Of a stretch of DNA of 64,000 nt, positions 1-10,831 are shown one piece after another. The stretch comes from an uncultured Actinomycetes bacterium (GTDB lineage Bacteria > Actinomycetota > Thermoleophilia > UBA2241): positions 80,495-144,494 of the forward strand of contig CAWJRV010000005.1 of the NCBI GenBank assembly GCA_963845355.1, written 5' to 3'. The notes beneath the pieces are model-generated. The model did not search any database. It was given only the letters and a program-made list of their open reading frames with translations, and was not told the origin of the DNA. The first letter of the stretch is position 1, and each line of letters opens with the position of its first letter. The translations under genes were made by a program, and so were the position numbers.

Positions 1-741
1 GTGCAGGCGCTCGCGAAGCAGCGCGGTCTCGGCTTGTGCGACGTGCACCGAACTGAACAGCCGGGCGTTGTGGAGGGCCACCGCGGCTTGGCCGGCCAGC
101 GCGCGACAGAGGCGCAGCTCCTGCCCCGAGTAGCGCCGCGACTGCATGCGATCGCACGCTTCGAGCAAGCCTATGGCGCGGCCCTGGTAGACGAGAGGCA
201 GCATGAGGATGCTCTTTTCGCCGTAGCGGCGCATGAGCGCCACCTCGGCGGCGTCGGCGCCGCGGTCGTCGACGTTCACGGTGATCGCGGTCTGACCGTC
301 GAGCACGCGTCGCGTGACCGGGAACTCGTCGAGACTGAAGACGCCCGACGTCGACCAGCGTCGCCCCTTGGCGTCGTATTCGGCCAGCACGCGGACCGCC
401 CGGTCGTCGGGCAGGTACTCCATGATCTCGCAGGTGTGACAGCGACACAGGGCAGTCATGTGCCGGGCGATCTCGGCCAGCAGCTCCGCCTGATCGAGCC
501 GTGAGGCGACGTCGAGAGAAGCTTGCACGAGTGTCTCCAGCTCGCGTTCCCGGGCTCGCCGCGCTTCGAGGTGGCTGCTGTCGCCGATGGCTCGCGCAAG
601 CTCCGCGACATCGTCGCTTTCGATCCTGCGGTGGCCGCCGGCGGTGCGCACGCAGGGCAGAAAGCCCGATTCCGTCCAGCGGCGCACAGTGGCCGGCGAG
701 ACGCCCAGCGCCCGGGCCGCCTTGCCGAGGCTCAGGTACAT
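1..741 (-). CDS. MerR/excisionase-type HTH (HTH_17-like) plus GAF-domain transcriptional regulator; 3' end runs off the window start
   Basis: The reverse strand reads MYLSLGKAARALGVSPATVRRWTESGFLPCVRTAGGHRRIESDDVAELA from the ATG at 741. A GAF-like region follows (…CHTCEIMEYLPDDRAVRVLAEYD…). There is no in-frame stop down to position 1. The listed + ORF 1..504 is the antisense of this gene. Confidence 0.6.
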   Translation of the reverse strand, partial: MYLSLGKAARALGVSPATVRRWTESGFLPCVRTAGGHRRIESDDVAELARAIGDSSHLEARRARERELETLVQASLDVASRLDQAELLAEIARHMTALCRCHTCEIMEYLPDDRAVRVLAEYDAKGRRWSTSGVFSLDEFPVTRRVLDGQTAITVNVDDRGADAAEVALMRRYGEKSILMLPLVYQGRAIGLLEACDRMQSRRYSGQELRLCRALAGQAAVALHNARLFSSVHVAQAETALLRERLH

Positions 742-1029
742 GGGCAAGGCGCGGGCCGGCGCCGGCCACAGCGCGAGGCACAGTGCGAGGTTTGGTAGAT
801 TCTTCTGCTCTCCGACAAGAGATTTCTCCTGTTTGGCACGTTGGCGATAGTCTCGTCATGCTGTTTGCTTGCTTTGTCGGACGACAGTTTACGCCACGGC
901 TGCGCGAGATTCGTCGGGGCCCTGCACCATGCGTTGGGGGTCCGTCGCGGTCGGTCCCTTGGTCATCACGCGTCGGCCGGGGGTCGTGGCGGTCGGTCGA
1001 CGACGACCAGGGTCGATCAAGGGGGGCAC

Positions 1030-2454
1030 ATGGCGCGGGGCAGGATGACGTATCTCAGCGTGGCGGAGCGCGAGTTCATTCACGAACAGACGGCGCGCGT
1101 GTTGAGCGACGTGGGCATCGGCTACAACAGCCCGGCGGCCATCGAGCTGCTCGCCGAGGCCGGCGCCGAGGTCGATCGCGAGCTCCTGCGGGCCAAGCTG
1201 CCGTGGGAGCTCGTCGAGCGCTGCCTCTCGAGCTGTCCCCGGCAGATCAGGCTGGCCGCCCGCGATCCACGCCACGACGTCGTGCTGGGCGACGGCTCGC
1301 TGCTGTTCTGCAGCGACGGCACCGGCACCTTCATGCTCGACGACGTGACCGGGCGGCGCACCGAAGGCACCGCCGCCGACATGCGGCAGACGATGCGTCT
1401 GCTCGACGCCCTCCCCGAAGTCGACTACATGTGGCCGCCGATCTCGGCCCGCGATCTCGACCCGCTGACCGCGGGTCTCGAGATCGAGTCCATCGCCCTG
1501 CAGAGCTGCAGCAAGCACCTGCAGGACGAGGTCAGGGAGGTGGCCCACGTGGCGCCGCTGCTGGAGATCTTCGAGGCGGTGGCCGGCGGCTCGCTGTGGA
1601 AGCGGCCGATCTTCAGCACCATCAACTGCACGATCGCGCCCCTCATGCACGAGCGCGAGATGACCGAGGCGACCATGGCGCTGGTCAAAGCCGGCGTGCC
1701 CGTGCTGATCCTGCCCATGCCGCTCACCGGCACCACCGGGCCGATGACCGTCCTGGGGAGCTGCATCGTCAACATGGCCGAGCTGCTGTCGGCAGTCGTT
1801 CTGTTTCAGCTCGCCCAGCCGGGCAGCGGCATGATTGCCGGCATCGGCGCGGCCGTCGCCGACCTGCGCAACGGGGCCTATCTGTGCGGCGCGCCCGAAG
1901 TGGGCCTGGCCAACGTCATCTGCATCGAGATGTGCCGTCACTACGGCCTGCCGGTCACCGGCAGCGCGGTGACGGGCGACGCCAAGGCGAGCAACCTGCA
2001 GGCCGGTGCCGAGGGCATGCTCACCGCCCTCTCCGAGGCGCTGGCCGGCGCCGACAGCCTGCTCGCCTTTGGCCTCATGGACGGCGCCGAGACCGTCAGC
2101 CTGGCCAAGATCGTGCTCGATTGCGATCTCGTGGGCATGGTCGAGCGGTTCCTGCGCGTGGGTCGTATCGACGAGACCACCGCATTGATCGACGACATCG
2201 CGGCCGTGGGCATAGGCGGTCATTACCTCGGGCGCAAGAGCACCCGCCGGTTCAACCGGGCCGGCGAGATCTGGTGGCCGAAGGTGTTCCAGCGCGACGG
2301 CTGGGAGAGCTATGAGGGGCGCTCGCTCGTGGGCGACGCCGCCGAGCGGGCCCGCGAGCTGCTCGCCTCACACGAGGTGCCGCCGCTCCCCGACGACCTG
2401 CAGCGACACATCGACGCGGTGATCGCCGCCTACCGCTCGCAGGCGGTCGGCTGA
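1030..2454 (+). CDS. MttB-superfamily (non-pyrrolysine) trimethylamine/quaternary-amine:corrinoid methyltransferase homolog
   Basis: A ~475-aa product spanning MTYLSVAEREFIHEQTARVLSDVGIGYNSPAAIELLAEAGAEV… to …HYLGRKSTRRFNRAGEIWWPKVFQRDGWESYEGR. This is the typical architecture and length of MttB/MtgB-type methyltransferases. GGGGGG sits just upstream of the ATG at 1030. No internal amber codon is present. Confidence 0.7.
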   Translation: MARGRMTYLSVAEREFIHEQTARVLSDVGIGYNSPAAIELLAEAGAEVDRELLRAKLPWELVERCLSSCPRQIRLAARDPRHDVVLGDGSLLFCSDGTGTFMLDDVTGRRTEGTAADMRQTMRLLDALPEVDYMWPPISARDLDPLTAGLEIESIALQSCSKHLQDEVREVAHVAPLLEIFEAVAGGSLWKRPIFSTINCTIAPLMHEREMTEATMALVKAGVPVLILPMPLTGTTGPMTVLGSCIVNMAELLSAVVLFQLAQPGSGMIAGIGAAVADLRNGAYLCGAPEVGLANVICIEMCRHYGLPVTGSAVTGDAKASNLQAGAEGMLTALSEALAGADSLLAFGLMDGAETVSLAKIVLDCDLVGMVERFLRVGRIDETTALIDDIAAVGIGGHYLGRKSTRRFNRAGEIWWPKVFQRDGWESYEGRSLVGDAAERARELLASHEVPPLPDDLQRHIDAVIAAYRSQAVG

Positions 2455-2795
2455 CGAGGAGCCGCCGCGGCTACCGCCCGGCGGCGGTCGGGCGACGAGG
2501 TCCGACACCAGTAGGGCGCCCGGTCCGGAAAGCGGGCCACGAGGCCCGCGATCTTGGCGACCTTGTCGAGGGCCTGCTCAGCTCCGAGCACCTCGGCGTC
2601 CGCGGCGCGGCAGCTCCCGCGGTGGGGGCCGGTGGTCCATGAACAGAGCCTGGCACGGCCCTCGAGACGCGCCACCCGCGGATGAGGAGTACAGTCAGGT
2701 AGACTGCGGGGATTGGCCGGCCGCATTGTGAGGAACATAGAAGACTGATTGATGACCCAGATGACTATCCACGACCCTTTGAGCGGAGACCAGAC

Positions 2796-4742
<1,947 letters not shown>

Positions 4743-4750
4743 TCTCGAGG

Positions 4751-4776
4751 CCCTCGGGACTGATGCCCGCCCGAGG
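4751..4776. terminator. Weak GC hairpin (8-bp stem ccctcggg/cccgaggg) between the convergent ftsH and the membrane-protein gene
   Basis: An inverted repeat seen directly 3' of the ftsH stop. There is no T-tract, which is usual for high-GC genomes. Confidence 0.3.
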
Positions 4777-4847
4777 GTTGCCCTCAGCGACGTCGGTCCG
4801 GGCAGGCCAAAGGTCGACCCGCCATAGTCAGTCGAGCGCCGCTACGG

Positions 4848-5474
4848 TCAGTCGCGCGAAACGCGGCTGGGGCTTGGCGTCATGAGCCACGTCCCCAGCG
4901 AGACCGCGCCGACGAAGAAGAGCAGCATCCCCACCGCGAGCCACTCGAGCCAGTGGCGTCGGGCGACGATGGAGATCACGTCGACCGAGCAGACGGCGAA
5001 CGCCAGATAGGTGATCTTCTGCGGCAGGTCGGGGTGCCAGACCGGCGCCCAGCCGATGAACCAGACCGCCGTCGCCAGGGCGATGAACATCACGGTCGCC
5101 CACAGAGCGTGGGCTGCGTAGTCGTTCTCGGAGAAGATCCCCGTCATGACCAGAGCCACGGCGGCCACGAGGCCGCTGATCTGACCGACCGCGACCAGCA
5201 GCTTCAGTGCGATGTGCTGGCCACGAGCCCAGGCTCGCAGACCGATGAAGAAGGCGGCCAGCACGGCGCCCACGGCGACCATGTCGAGTCGAAAGTAGAT
5301 GGAGCCCCGGGGGCTCAGCAGGGTGTTGCCGAGGTCGCTGATCCAGTTGGCGGCCGGGCTGAAGGCCCACGGATAGTAGGAGTAGGCCACGATCGCGAGG
5401 GTGACGGAGACAACGATCGCGGCGAGCCCGGCGATCGTGGCCAGCGGGGGTCGTCTCTTGAGCGTGATCTTCAC
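4848..5474 (-). CDS. Multi-pass membrane protein, DUF998-like
   Basis: 208 aa, strongly hydrophobic with five or six predicted TM helices and a W/F-rich pattern. The family assignment is from memory only. Confidence 0.45.
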   Translation of the reverse strand: MKITLKRRPPLATIAGLAAIVVSVTLAIVAYSYYPWAFSPAANWISDLGNTLLSPRGSIYFRLDMVAVGAVLAAFFIGLRAWARGQHIALKLLVAVGQISGLVAAVALVMTGIFSENDYAAHALWATVMFIALATAVWFIGWAPVWHPDLPQKITYLAFAVCSVDVISIVARRHWLEWLAVGMLLFFVGAVSLGTWLMTPSPSRVSRD

Positions 5475-5607
5475 CCCCCTTTGAGCCGCCGACTGCGCTC
5501 AGTCGCACCCGGTGGCTCGAGCATGGTGCGTTCCCGGTCCCACCAGACGGTATCTACCGGGGCGGTCGCGGTCAAATGGGTCGGCGAGCCTGAGGGGCGG
5601 TCCGCTG

Positions 5608-5627
5608 GGTTAAGCGTTGTTAAGTGC
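5608..5627. promoter_or_regulatory. AT-rich direct-repeat element GGTTAAGcgTTGTTAAG in the divergent yajC / membrane-protein intergenic region
   Basis: Two GTTAAG hexamers 5 bp apart in a 70% GC background. A near-identical element lies upstream of the sigma factor gene (14584..14600). Confidence 0.4.
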
Positions 5628-5792
5628 TCGGAAAGATCGAAAGAGTGACTCGAGACGTCGGAGCGGAGACACTGTTCCTGCGCGTCGTGCCGGCGCCCGC
5701 TCGGCGCGGGCCGTCCGCTTTCCGCTAGGATGTGGCAACATGTATCCGGAACAGCTTGGGCTTATCGTCTTTGAAGGAGGCGGATCGCCGCA

Positions 5793-6071
5793 GTGAAAGT
5801 TGACATCCTGGTCGTCTATGTAGTCATCGTCGTCGCAGCCTTCTACCTCCTGGCGATACGCCCGCAGCGCCGTCGGCGCCAGGCTCAGCAGGAGCTCATC
5901 TCGAGTGTCAAGAAGGGCGACGAGATCGTCACCCGCGACGGCATGTGCGGCACCGTTCGTCAGGTGCGCGACGAGTTCGTCGTGATCGAGATCGCCGAGC
6001 GCAAGACGGCGCGTTTCCTCAAGACGTCCATCACGACGGTGGTCCCGAAGGGCCGTCCGGCGAAGCGCTAG
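5793..6071 (+). CDS. yajC: Preprotein translocase subunit YajC
   Basis: 92 aa with one N-terminal TM, then LISSVKKGDEIVTRDGMCGTVRQVRDEFVVIEIAERKTARFLK (YajC signature). GAAGGAGG RBS 12 nt upstream of the GTG start. Confidence 0.8.
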   Translation: MKVDILVVYVVIVVAAFYLLAIRPQRRRRQAQQELISSVKKGDEIVTRDGMCGTVRQVRDEFVVIEIAERKTARFLKTSITTVVPKGRPAKR

Positions 6072-6136
6072 CGCGGGAGCACCTCCCCGGGTCGTCTCGT
6101 CGCGCGCTTTTCGATAGCCTTGCCGCAAGGATCGTT

Positions 6137-7477
6137 GTGCGGAAGGCTGACCAGAGCTCGAAGAGACGGCGGTGGGTGCGCCAGTTGCGGCTTTTCCCGC
6201 GCCAGTTCTGGCTGCTCTCCGGCGGCACCTTCTTCTATCTGCTGGCCATCGGCCTGGCGTTTCCCTACACGGCCATCCTCATCAAGGAGCGCCTGGGCGT
6301 CTCCATGGCGGTCGTGGGCGTCATCATGGGCGGTACGGCGCTGGCCGGCCTGCCGCTGCAGCCCCTGGCGGGCAGTCTGAGCGACCGCTTCGGACGGCGG
6401 GCGGTCCTGATCGTCTGCTGTTGCTGTTCCGGGGTCATGTACGGCAGCCTCGCGTTCGCGCACGGGTTCTGGCCGATCTGTCTCGCCGTGTTCTGCGATC
6501 GTGCCCTGGGCTGGCCTCTGTTCCTGACGGCCAGCAACGCCATGGTCGCGGACCTGGTGCGATCCCGGTTGCGACCCGAAGGCTACAGCCTGGTGCGCCT
6601 GATGATCGGCGCCGGCGAGATCGTCGGTCCGCTGATCGCGGCCGCCCTGCTGGCCGCCGGCTGCGGGCTTTCGTTACTGTTCATGCTGGCCGGCGCCGGC
6701 TGTTTTGTCTTTCTCGTCTTCGTCGTCGCGGCTCTGCGCGAGACGCGGCCCAGGGTGGCCCGTCATGTGCGCTCGACGGCGGTGAGCGAGGGTCCCCCCG
6801 TGTACGGCATGCGCGACGTGATCCGCATCCCGAGCCGGCGTCGCTCGCGTCGCCGACAGGCCCGTCGCGAGACGCCGCGGGGCTACGGCCGCGTGCTCGC
6901 CGACCGGCGCTTCGTCGCCTTCTGTGCCGTCTCGCTGCTGCCGCTGTTCATCTTCGGCCAGATGTACTCGACCTTCCCGGTGCTGCTCACCGGCTATCTG
7001 CACGTCAGACCCGCTGCCTGGGGGCTGCTCATGTCCTACAGCGCGCTCGTCATCGTCGTGACCCAGTATCCGATCGTGCGTGCCGTCAAGCGCTTCGACC
7101 CGATGTACCAGGTGGCGCTGGCGAGTCTGCTCTTCGGTTGTGGAGTCGGTCTCACGGCCTTTGTGCCGGCGAGCTGGCCCTTGCTCGTGACGATCGCTTC
7201 GCTCTCGATCGCCCAGGCGCTCTTCGGGCCGGTGACGTCGGCGATCGTCGCCCGGCTCGCTCCCCTCGACATCCGGGGCCGTTACATGGGCGCCTGGACG
7301 CTCGTCTGGCAAGGCGGCCAGGGGTCGCTGGGACCGATCTTCGGGGGGCTTCTGCTGGCCCGCCTCGGGCCGCATGTCACCTACGGCGCCATCGTCGTCA
7401 TGGGCCTCGCCGGCGCCTGCCTCTACCCGACGCTACGCGCCGCCAGGTCGGCGGCCGTCGCGGCGGCCCGGCCGTGA
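6137..7477 (+). CDS. MFS transporter
   Basis: Twelve or more hydrophobic helices. An MFS-like motif GSLSDRFGRRAVLIV follows TM2. AAGGA RBS 5 nt before the GTG at 6137; the track ORF extends further upstream. Confidence 0.8.
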   Translation: MRKADQSSKRRRWVRQLRLFPRQFWLLSGGTFFYLLAIGLAFPYTAILIKERLGVSMAVVGVIMGGTALAGLPLQPLAGSLSDRFGRRAVLIVCCCCSGVMYGSLAFAHGFWPICLAVFCDRALGWPLFLTASNAMVADLVRSRLRPEGYSLVRLMIGAGEIVGPLIAAALLAAGCGLSLLFMLAGAGCFVFLVFVVAALRETRPRVARHVRSTAVSEGPPVYGMRDVIRIPSRRRSRRRQARRETPRGYGRVLADRRFVAFCAVSLLPLFIFGQMYSTFPVLLTGYLHVRPAAWGLLMSYSALVIVVTQYPIVRAVKRFDPMYQVALASLLFGCGVGLTAFVPASWPLLVTIASLSIAQALFGPVTSAIVARLAPLDIRGRYMGAWTLVWQGGQGSLGPIFGGLLLARLGPHVTYGAIVVMGLAGACLYPTLRAARSAAVAAARP

Positions 7478-7722
7478 TGCGACCGGACGGCGGCGCCGAC
7501 GGCCTGTCGCCGGCAAGGGCGCTGGAGCCGGTGCCGATGCAGGACCGGCGAGAGGAACCCGCCGCCCCCCGGCGAACAGGCAGATGACCCGGCCGGCAGG
7601 TCCCTGGGCCTTCCGGCGTCGCTCGGCCGTGCCTTCCGAGAGGAGCGACCGACAGACGGCCGGGCAGAGGCGGCAGGCCCTGTTCGCGTGCCTCGGCGGC
7701 GAGAAACGACTTGGAGTGTGCG

Positions 7723-8175
7723 ATGAGCGCGACCGATTCCTGGGACTGGGCGCGAAGCAGGCTGGGCACGGCCTTGGCTCGTGCTTCGGGCAGGGACGAC
7801 GACGCCGGCCGCGTCTGGGACGACGAAGAGCTCGACGGGACCGACGACGCAGGCGGGAGGTTCGGTGAGCCCAGGCTCTCCCTGGTCACACCGTCGCGCG
7901 CCGAGCTTTCCGTCGTGGCCGTCACGACCTTCGACGACGCTCAGGTCATAGCCGACGCCTTTCGCCGCGACAAGCCCGTGGTGGTCGATCTCCATCACTG
8001 CGAGCTCGAGGTCGCGCGACGCGTGGTCGACTTCTGCAGCGGCCTCACCTATGCCCGCGACGGCGGCCTGCAGGCCGTGGCCGAGAAGGTGTTCCTGCTC
8101 GTGTCGGCCAACGTCGAGCTCTCCGGAGACGGGCGGCGCGGCTTGTCTGGTAGCGACTTCTTCAACCAGGCCTAG
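7723..8175 (+). CDS. sepF: SepF-like cell-division protein (DUF552 core)
   Basis: C-terminal core VVAVTTFDDAQVIADAFRRDKPVVVDLHHCELEVARRVVDFCSGLTYARDGGLQAVAEKVFLLVSANVEL matches the SepF fold signature. GGAG RBS 7 nt upstream of the ATG. Confidence 0.7.
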   Translation: MSATDSWDWARSRLGTALARASGRDDDAGRVWDDEELDGTDDAGGRFGEPRLSLVTPSRAELSVVAVTTFDDAQVIADAFRRDKPVVVDLHHCELEVARRVVDFCSGLTYARDGGLQAVAEKVFLLVSANVELSGDGRRGLSGSDFFNQA

Positions 8176-8193
8176 CGTGGGCGAGCCCGCGGC

Positions 8194-9006
8194 GTGAACG
8201 AGTCGTCCTCTCGAGGCGACCGTCCGGACGAGCTCCACGCGCTGGCCGTCGAGCTTGCTCGCGAGGCCAGCCGCATTCACCTGGACGGTCTTGCCGGTGC
8301 GCTCGAAGTGACCACCAAGTCGGCGCCCCACGATTTCGTGAGCGACGTGGACCGGCGTGCCGAGGCGCGGATCGTCTCCCTGATCGCGGCCGCTCGGCCC
8401 GACGACGCCGTCCTCGGAGAGGAGGGCACGGTACACGAAGGCGGCAGCGGCCTGCGCTGGGTCGTCGATCCTCTCGACGGCACCGCGAACTACGTTTACG
8501 GCTACCCCGCGTTCTGCAGCTCGATCGCAGTCGAAAAGGGCGGGGAGACGATCGCGGCGGCCGTCAGCGAGTCACTCACAAGTCTGGTTTTTTCCGCCGT
8601 GCTCGGTCGTGGCGCCTGGTGCGACGACCGGCCGCTCCGCGTCCGCCCCTCGGCCGCGCTGCCGGCGGCGCTCGTGGCGACCGGATTCTCCTACGACGCC
8701 GGCCAGCGCCGACGCCAGGGGCAGGTGATGGCTCACCTCCTCGAGCGCGTGGGCGACATCCGGCGGGGCGGTTCGGCGGCCCTCGATCTCTGCCGTCTGG
8801 CGGCCGGGCAGGTCGACGCCTATTTCGAGCTCGATCTCTCTCCCTGGGACTACGCCGGTGGGCGCCTCATCGCCCGGGAGGCCGGCGCGCGCGTCCTCGA
8901 GCTGCCGGCCGCGCACGGGAAGGGTCCGGCGATCGTGGCCGCCGGTCCCGCGCTGATCGAGCCGTTCGTCGAGTTGCTGCGCGAGGCGGGAGCGATCCTC
9001 GCCTGA
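8194..9006 (+). CDS. Inositol monophosphatase family protein (SuhB/ImpA-like)
   Basis: Metal-binding motifs EEG…, WVVDPLDGTANYVYGYP, and a C-terminal WDYAGG motif. Confidence 0.85.
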   Translation: MNESSSRGDRPDELHALAVELAREASRIHLDGLAGALEVTTKSAPHDFVSDVDRRAEARIVSLIAAARPDDAVLGEEGTVHEGGSGLRWVVDPLDGTANYVYGYPAFCSSIAVEKGGETIAAAVSESLTSLVFSAVLGRGAWCDDRPLRVRPSAALPAALVATGFSYDAGQRRRQGQVMAHLLERVGDIRRGGSAALDLCRLAAGQVDAYFELDLSPWDYAGGRLIAREAGARVLELPAAHGKGPAIVAAGPALIEPFVELLREAGAILA

Positions 9007-9047
9007 GGCCCCGCCTGCCGAAGTCGACGATCCCGGCGGCTTGCGCC

Positions 9048-10075
9048 TCAGGACTTCGGCGCCGGCTGCCAGACGAAGGCGTGACCGATGTCGTAGACGG
9101 GCGTGGCCGCGCTGCTGTGGTCGATCTGACCGGTGACGACCATCGACTCTCCGGTCCGCACGTCGGAGAGCGTCACGGTAGAGAGGACACCGTTGCTCAG
9201 GGTGCGTATCACGCTCGACGGTGTTGCGAGAAGGATCAGCTCACTGCCGATCGCGGTGCGCACGGCGCGTGTGCCGTTGGTGACGGTGACGGTGACCAGG
9301 CCTGCCTTCTGGTCGACCGAGCAGACCTGGCCGACGCAGGCAAACCAGGTCAATGCGCTGACCGGCGCGACGTGACACACCAGGACGAACGAGGCGGTGT
9401 AGACCGGCGCGCCGGGGTCGCTGTAGTCGGCGTACCCCAGGATCGTCACGATGTCGCCGGCGGTGATGTCGGTCGCCGTGACGGAGCTCCACCTGCGGTG
9501 CGTGGCCACGAAGATCCTGGCGTTGGCGGCCAGGTCGATGGTGATGTTCTTGCCGCCCGAGCCGGACAGTCCCAGCGAGCCGCGGCCCACGGTGACCACG
9601 AGCGCATCGGTCTGCGGATCGACCGATGAGACAGTGCCCCGGCACAGGAACCGCGCGTCAGGCGCCGGCTGCCAGACCACAGCCGAGCCGACAGTGTAGA
9701 CGAGCACGGCCGGATTGGTGGCGTCGATCGTACCGCCGGCGGCGATCAGGTCGCCCTTGGGCACGTCGGCGAGCTTGACCGTGGTCTTGGCGCCCTTCAC
9801 GTAGGTCGACAGGGTGCTGCCGGAGGTCACGGTCAGCGTGAGGCTCTGGCCGACCGACCCCTGCAGGGCGAGGGTCGCGTATCTGACGGTGACGGTGATC
9901 GTGCCGGCCACCGGGTCGACGGCCGTGACCGTGCCGAGGCACGAGAAGCTCTCACCGGCCGAAGCGTAGCTCTGGCCGCGAGTCGTCGCCACCGTGCTCG
10001 CCACGGCCTGCGAGGCCAGGCCGAGGGCCAGGACGCACACCATGAGTGGCAGGAGCGATCGCCTCACAAGCTTCA
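9048..10075 (-). CDS. Secreted protein built from three ~105-aa tandem repeats (possibly DUF5666-like)
   Basis: Signal peptide MKLVRRSLLPLMVCVLALGLASQAVA. Three repeats follow, each beginning with Cys and rich in TVTV/VTVT beta-strand patterns. Repeats 1 and 3 end in VWQPAP. GGAGG RBS. Confidence 0.6.
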
Positions 10076-10297
10076 TCTGATACCTCCAAAACGCAAGCCG
10101 CTCGGGGCACGGCCAGCCCTGACTGTGTCTACGAGTCCTATCGGCCCGCCACGGCCGCGCGATAACGACTGAGCGACACACAGGCGTCGTCAGGTCAGAC
10201 GGCAGTCTCGGGGCGAGGCCGGGTCCGGACGCTTGGTCGCCGGGTCGAACGGCGGGGCGCACCGCTGGGCCCACCGCCGCCGGACCGTGCCTTCAAG

Positions 10298-10657
10298 TCA
10301 CACGGGGATTACGTAGGCGAGGTTGTTCCAGAACGCCCGGACTCCGCGGCCCCGCCTCGTCAGTTCGAGGACGAGCTCCCGCGGCCGGCCGTGGGCGCCG
10401 GTGTCGAGGTGGAGCTCGAACCCGTCCGCGTCGAGGGGGCCTTCCGCCGAGCGCCAGCCTGGTGGCCTCGTGACGTCGGCCTCGAGCAGGGTGAGCTGCC
10501 CCGTACAGCAGCGGTGGTCGACGGTCCACACGTAGAGTCGTCCGCCGTGGCGCGCCACGAAGGCGCGCACCTCGGCGCCGGCCACGACGACAGGTGCCGC
10601 CCGCAGCCCGGCGTGAATCTCCCCTTGGTGTCCGTCCCTCTCGCTCTGGTGATCCAT
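10298..10657 (-). CDS. Hypothetical small protein
   Basis: A 119-aa ORF with high GC3 consistent with coding. No recognisable domain. Confidence 0.3.
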   Translation of the reverse strand: MDHQSERDGHQGEIHAGLRAAPVVVAGAEVRAFVARHGGRLYVWTVDHRCCTGQLTLLEADVTRPPGWRSAEGPLDADGFELHLDTGAHGRPRELVLELTRRGRGVRAFWNNLAYVIPV

Positions 10658-10831
10658 CACGCCTCCACGCGCTCCACGCCTCGTCAAAGGAGTGTGCCCG
10701 GAACGGCGCTTGTTACGACGGTGTTACGGTGGCCGCAACGACGAAGTAAGTCTTACCTCGAGCGGGTACAGGAAGACGACGGTCCAGAAACCGTCCGGCA
10801 ATCCGTACGAGGACAGACGAGGATCCGAGCA

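Noticed and set aside
501-2315. 604-aa + ORF overlapping the regulator and MttB gene
   Set aside because: Arg/Ala/Gly-rich nonsense translation. It is an alternative frame of the MttB gene. The real genes are the minus-strand HTH-GAF regulator and the MttB in the 841 frame.
841-2454. Pyrrolysine-containing MttB
   Set aside because: No in-frame UAG inside the gene, so it is a non-Pyl MttB-superfamily member.
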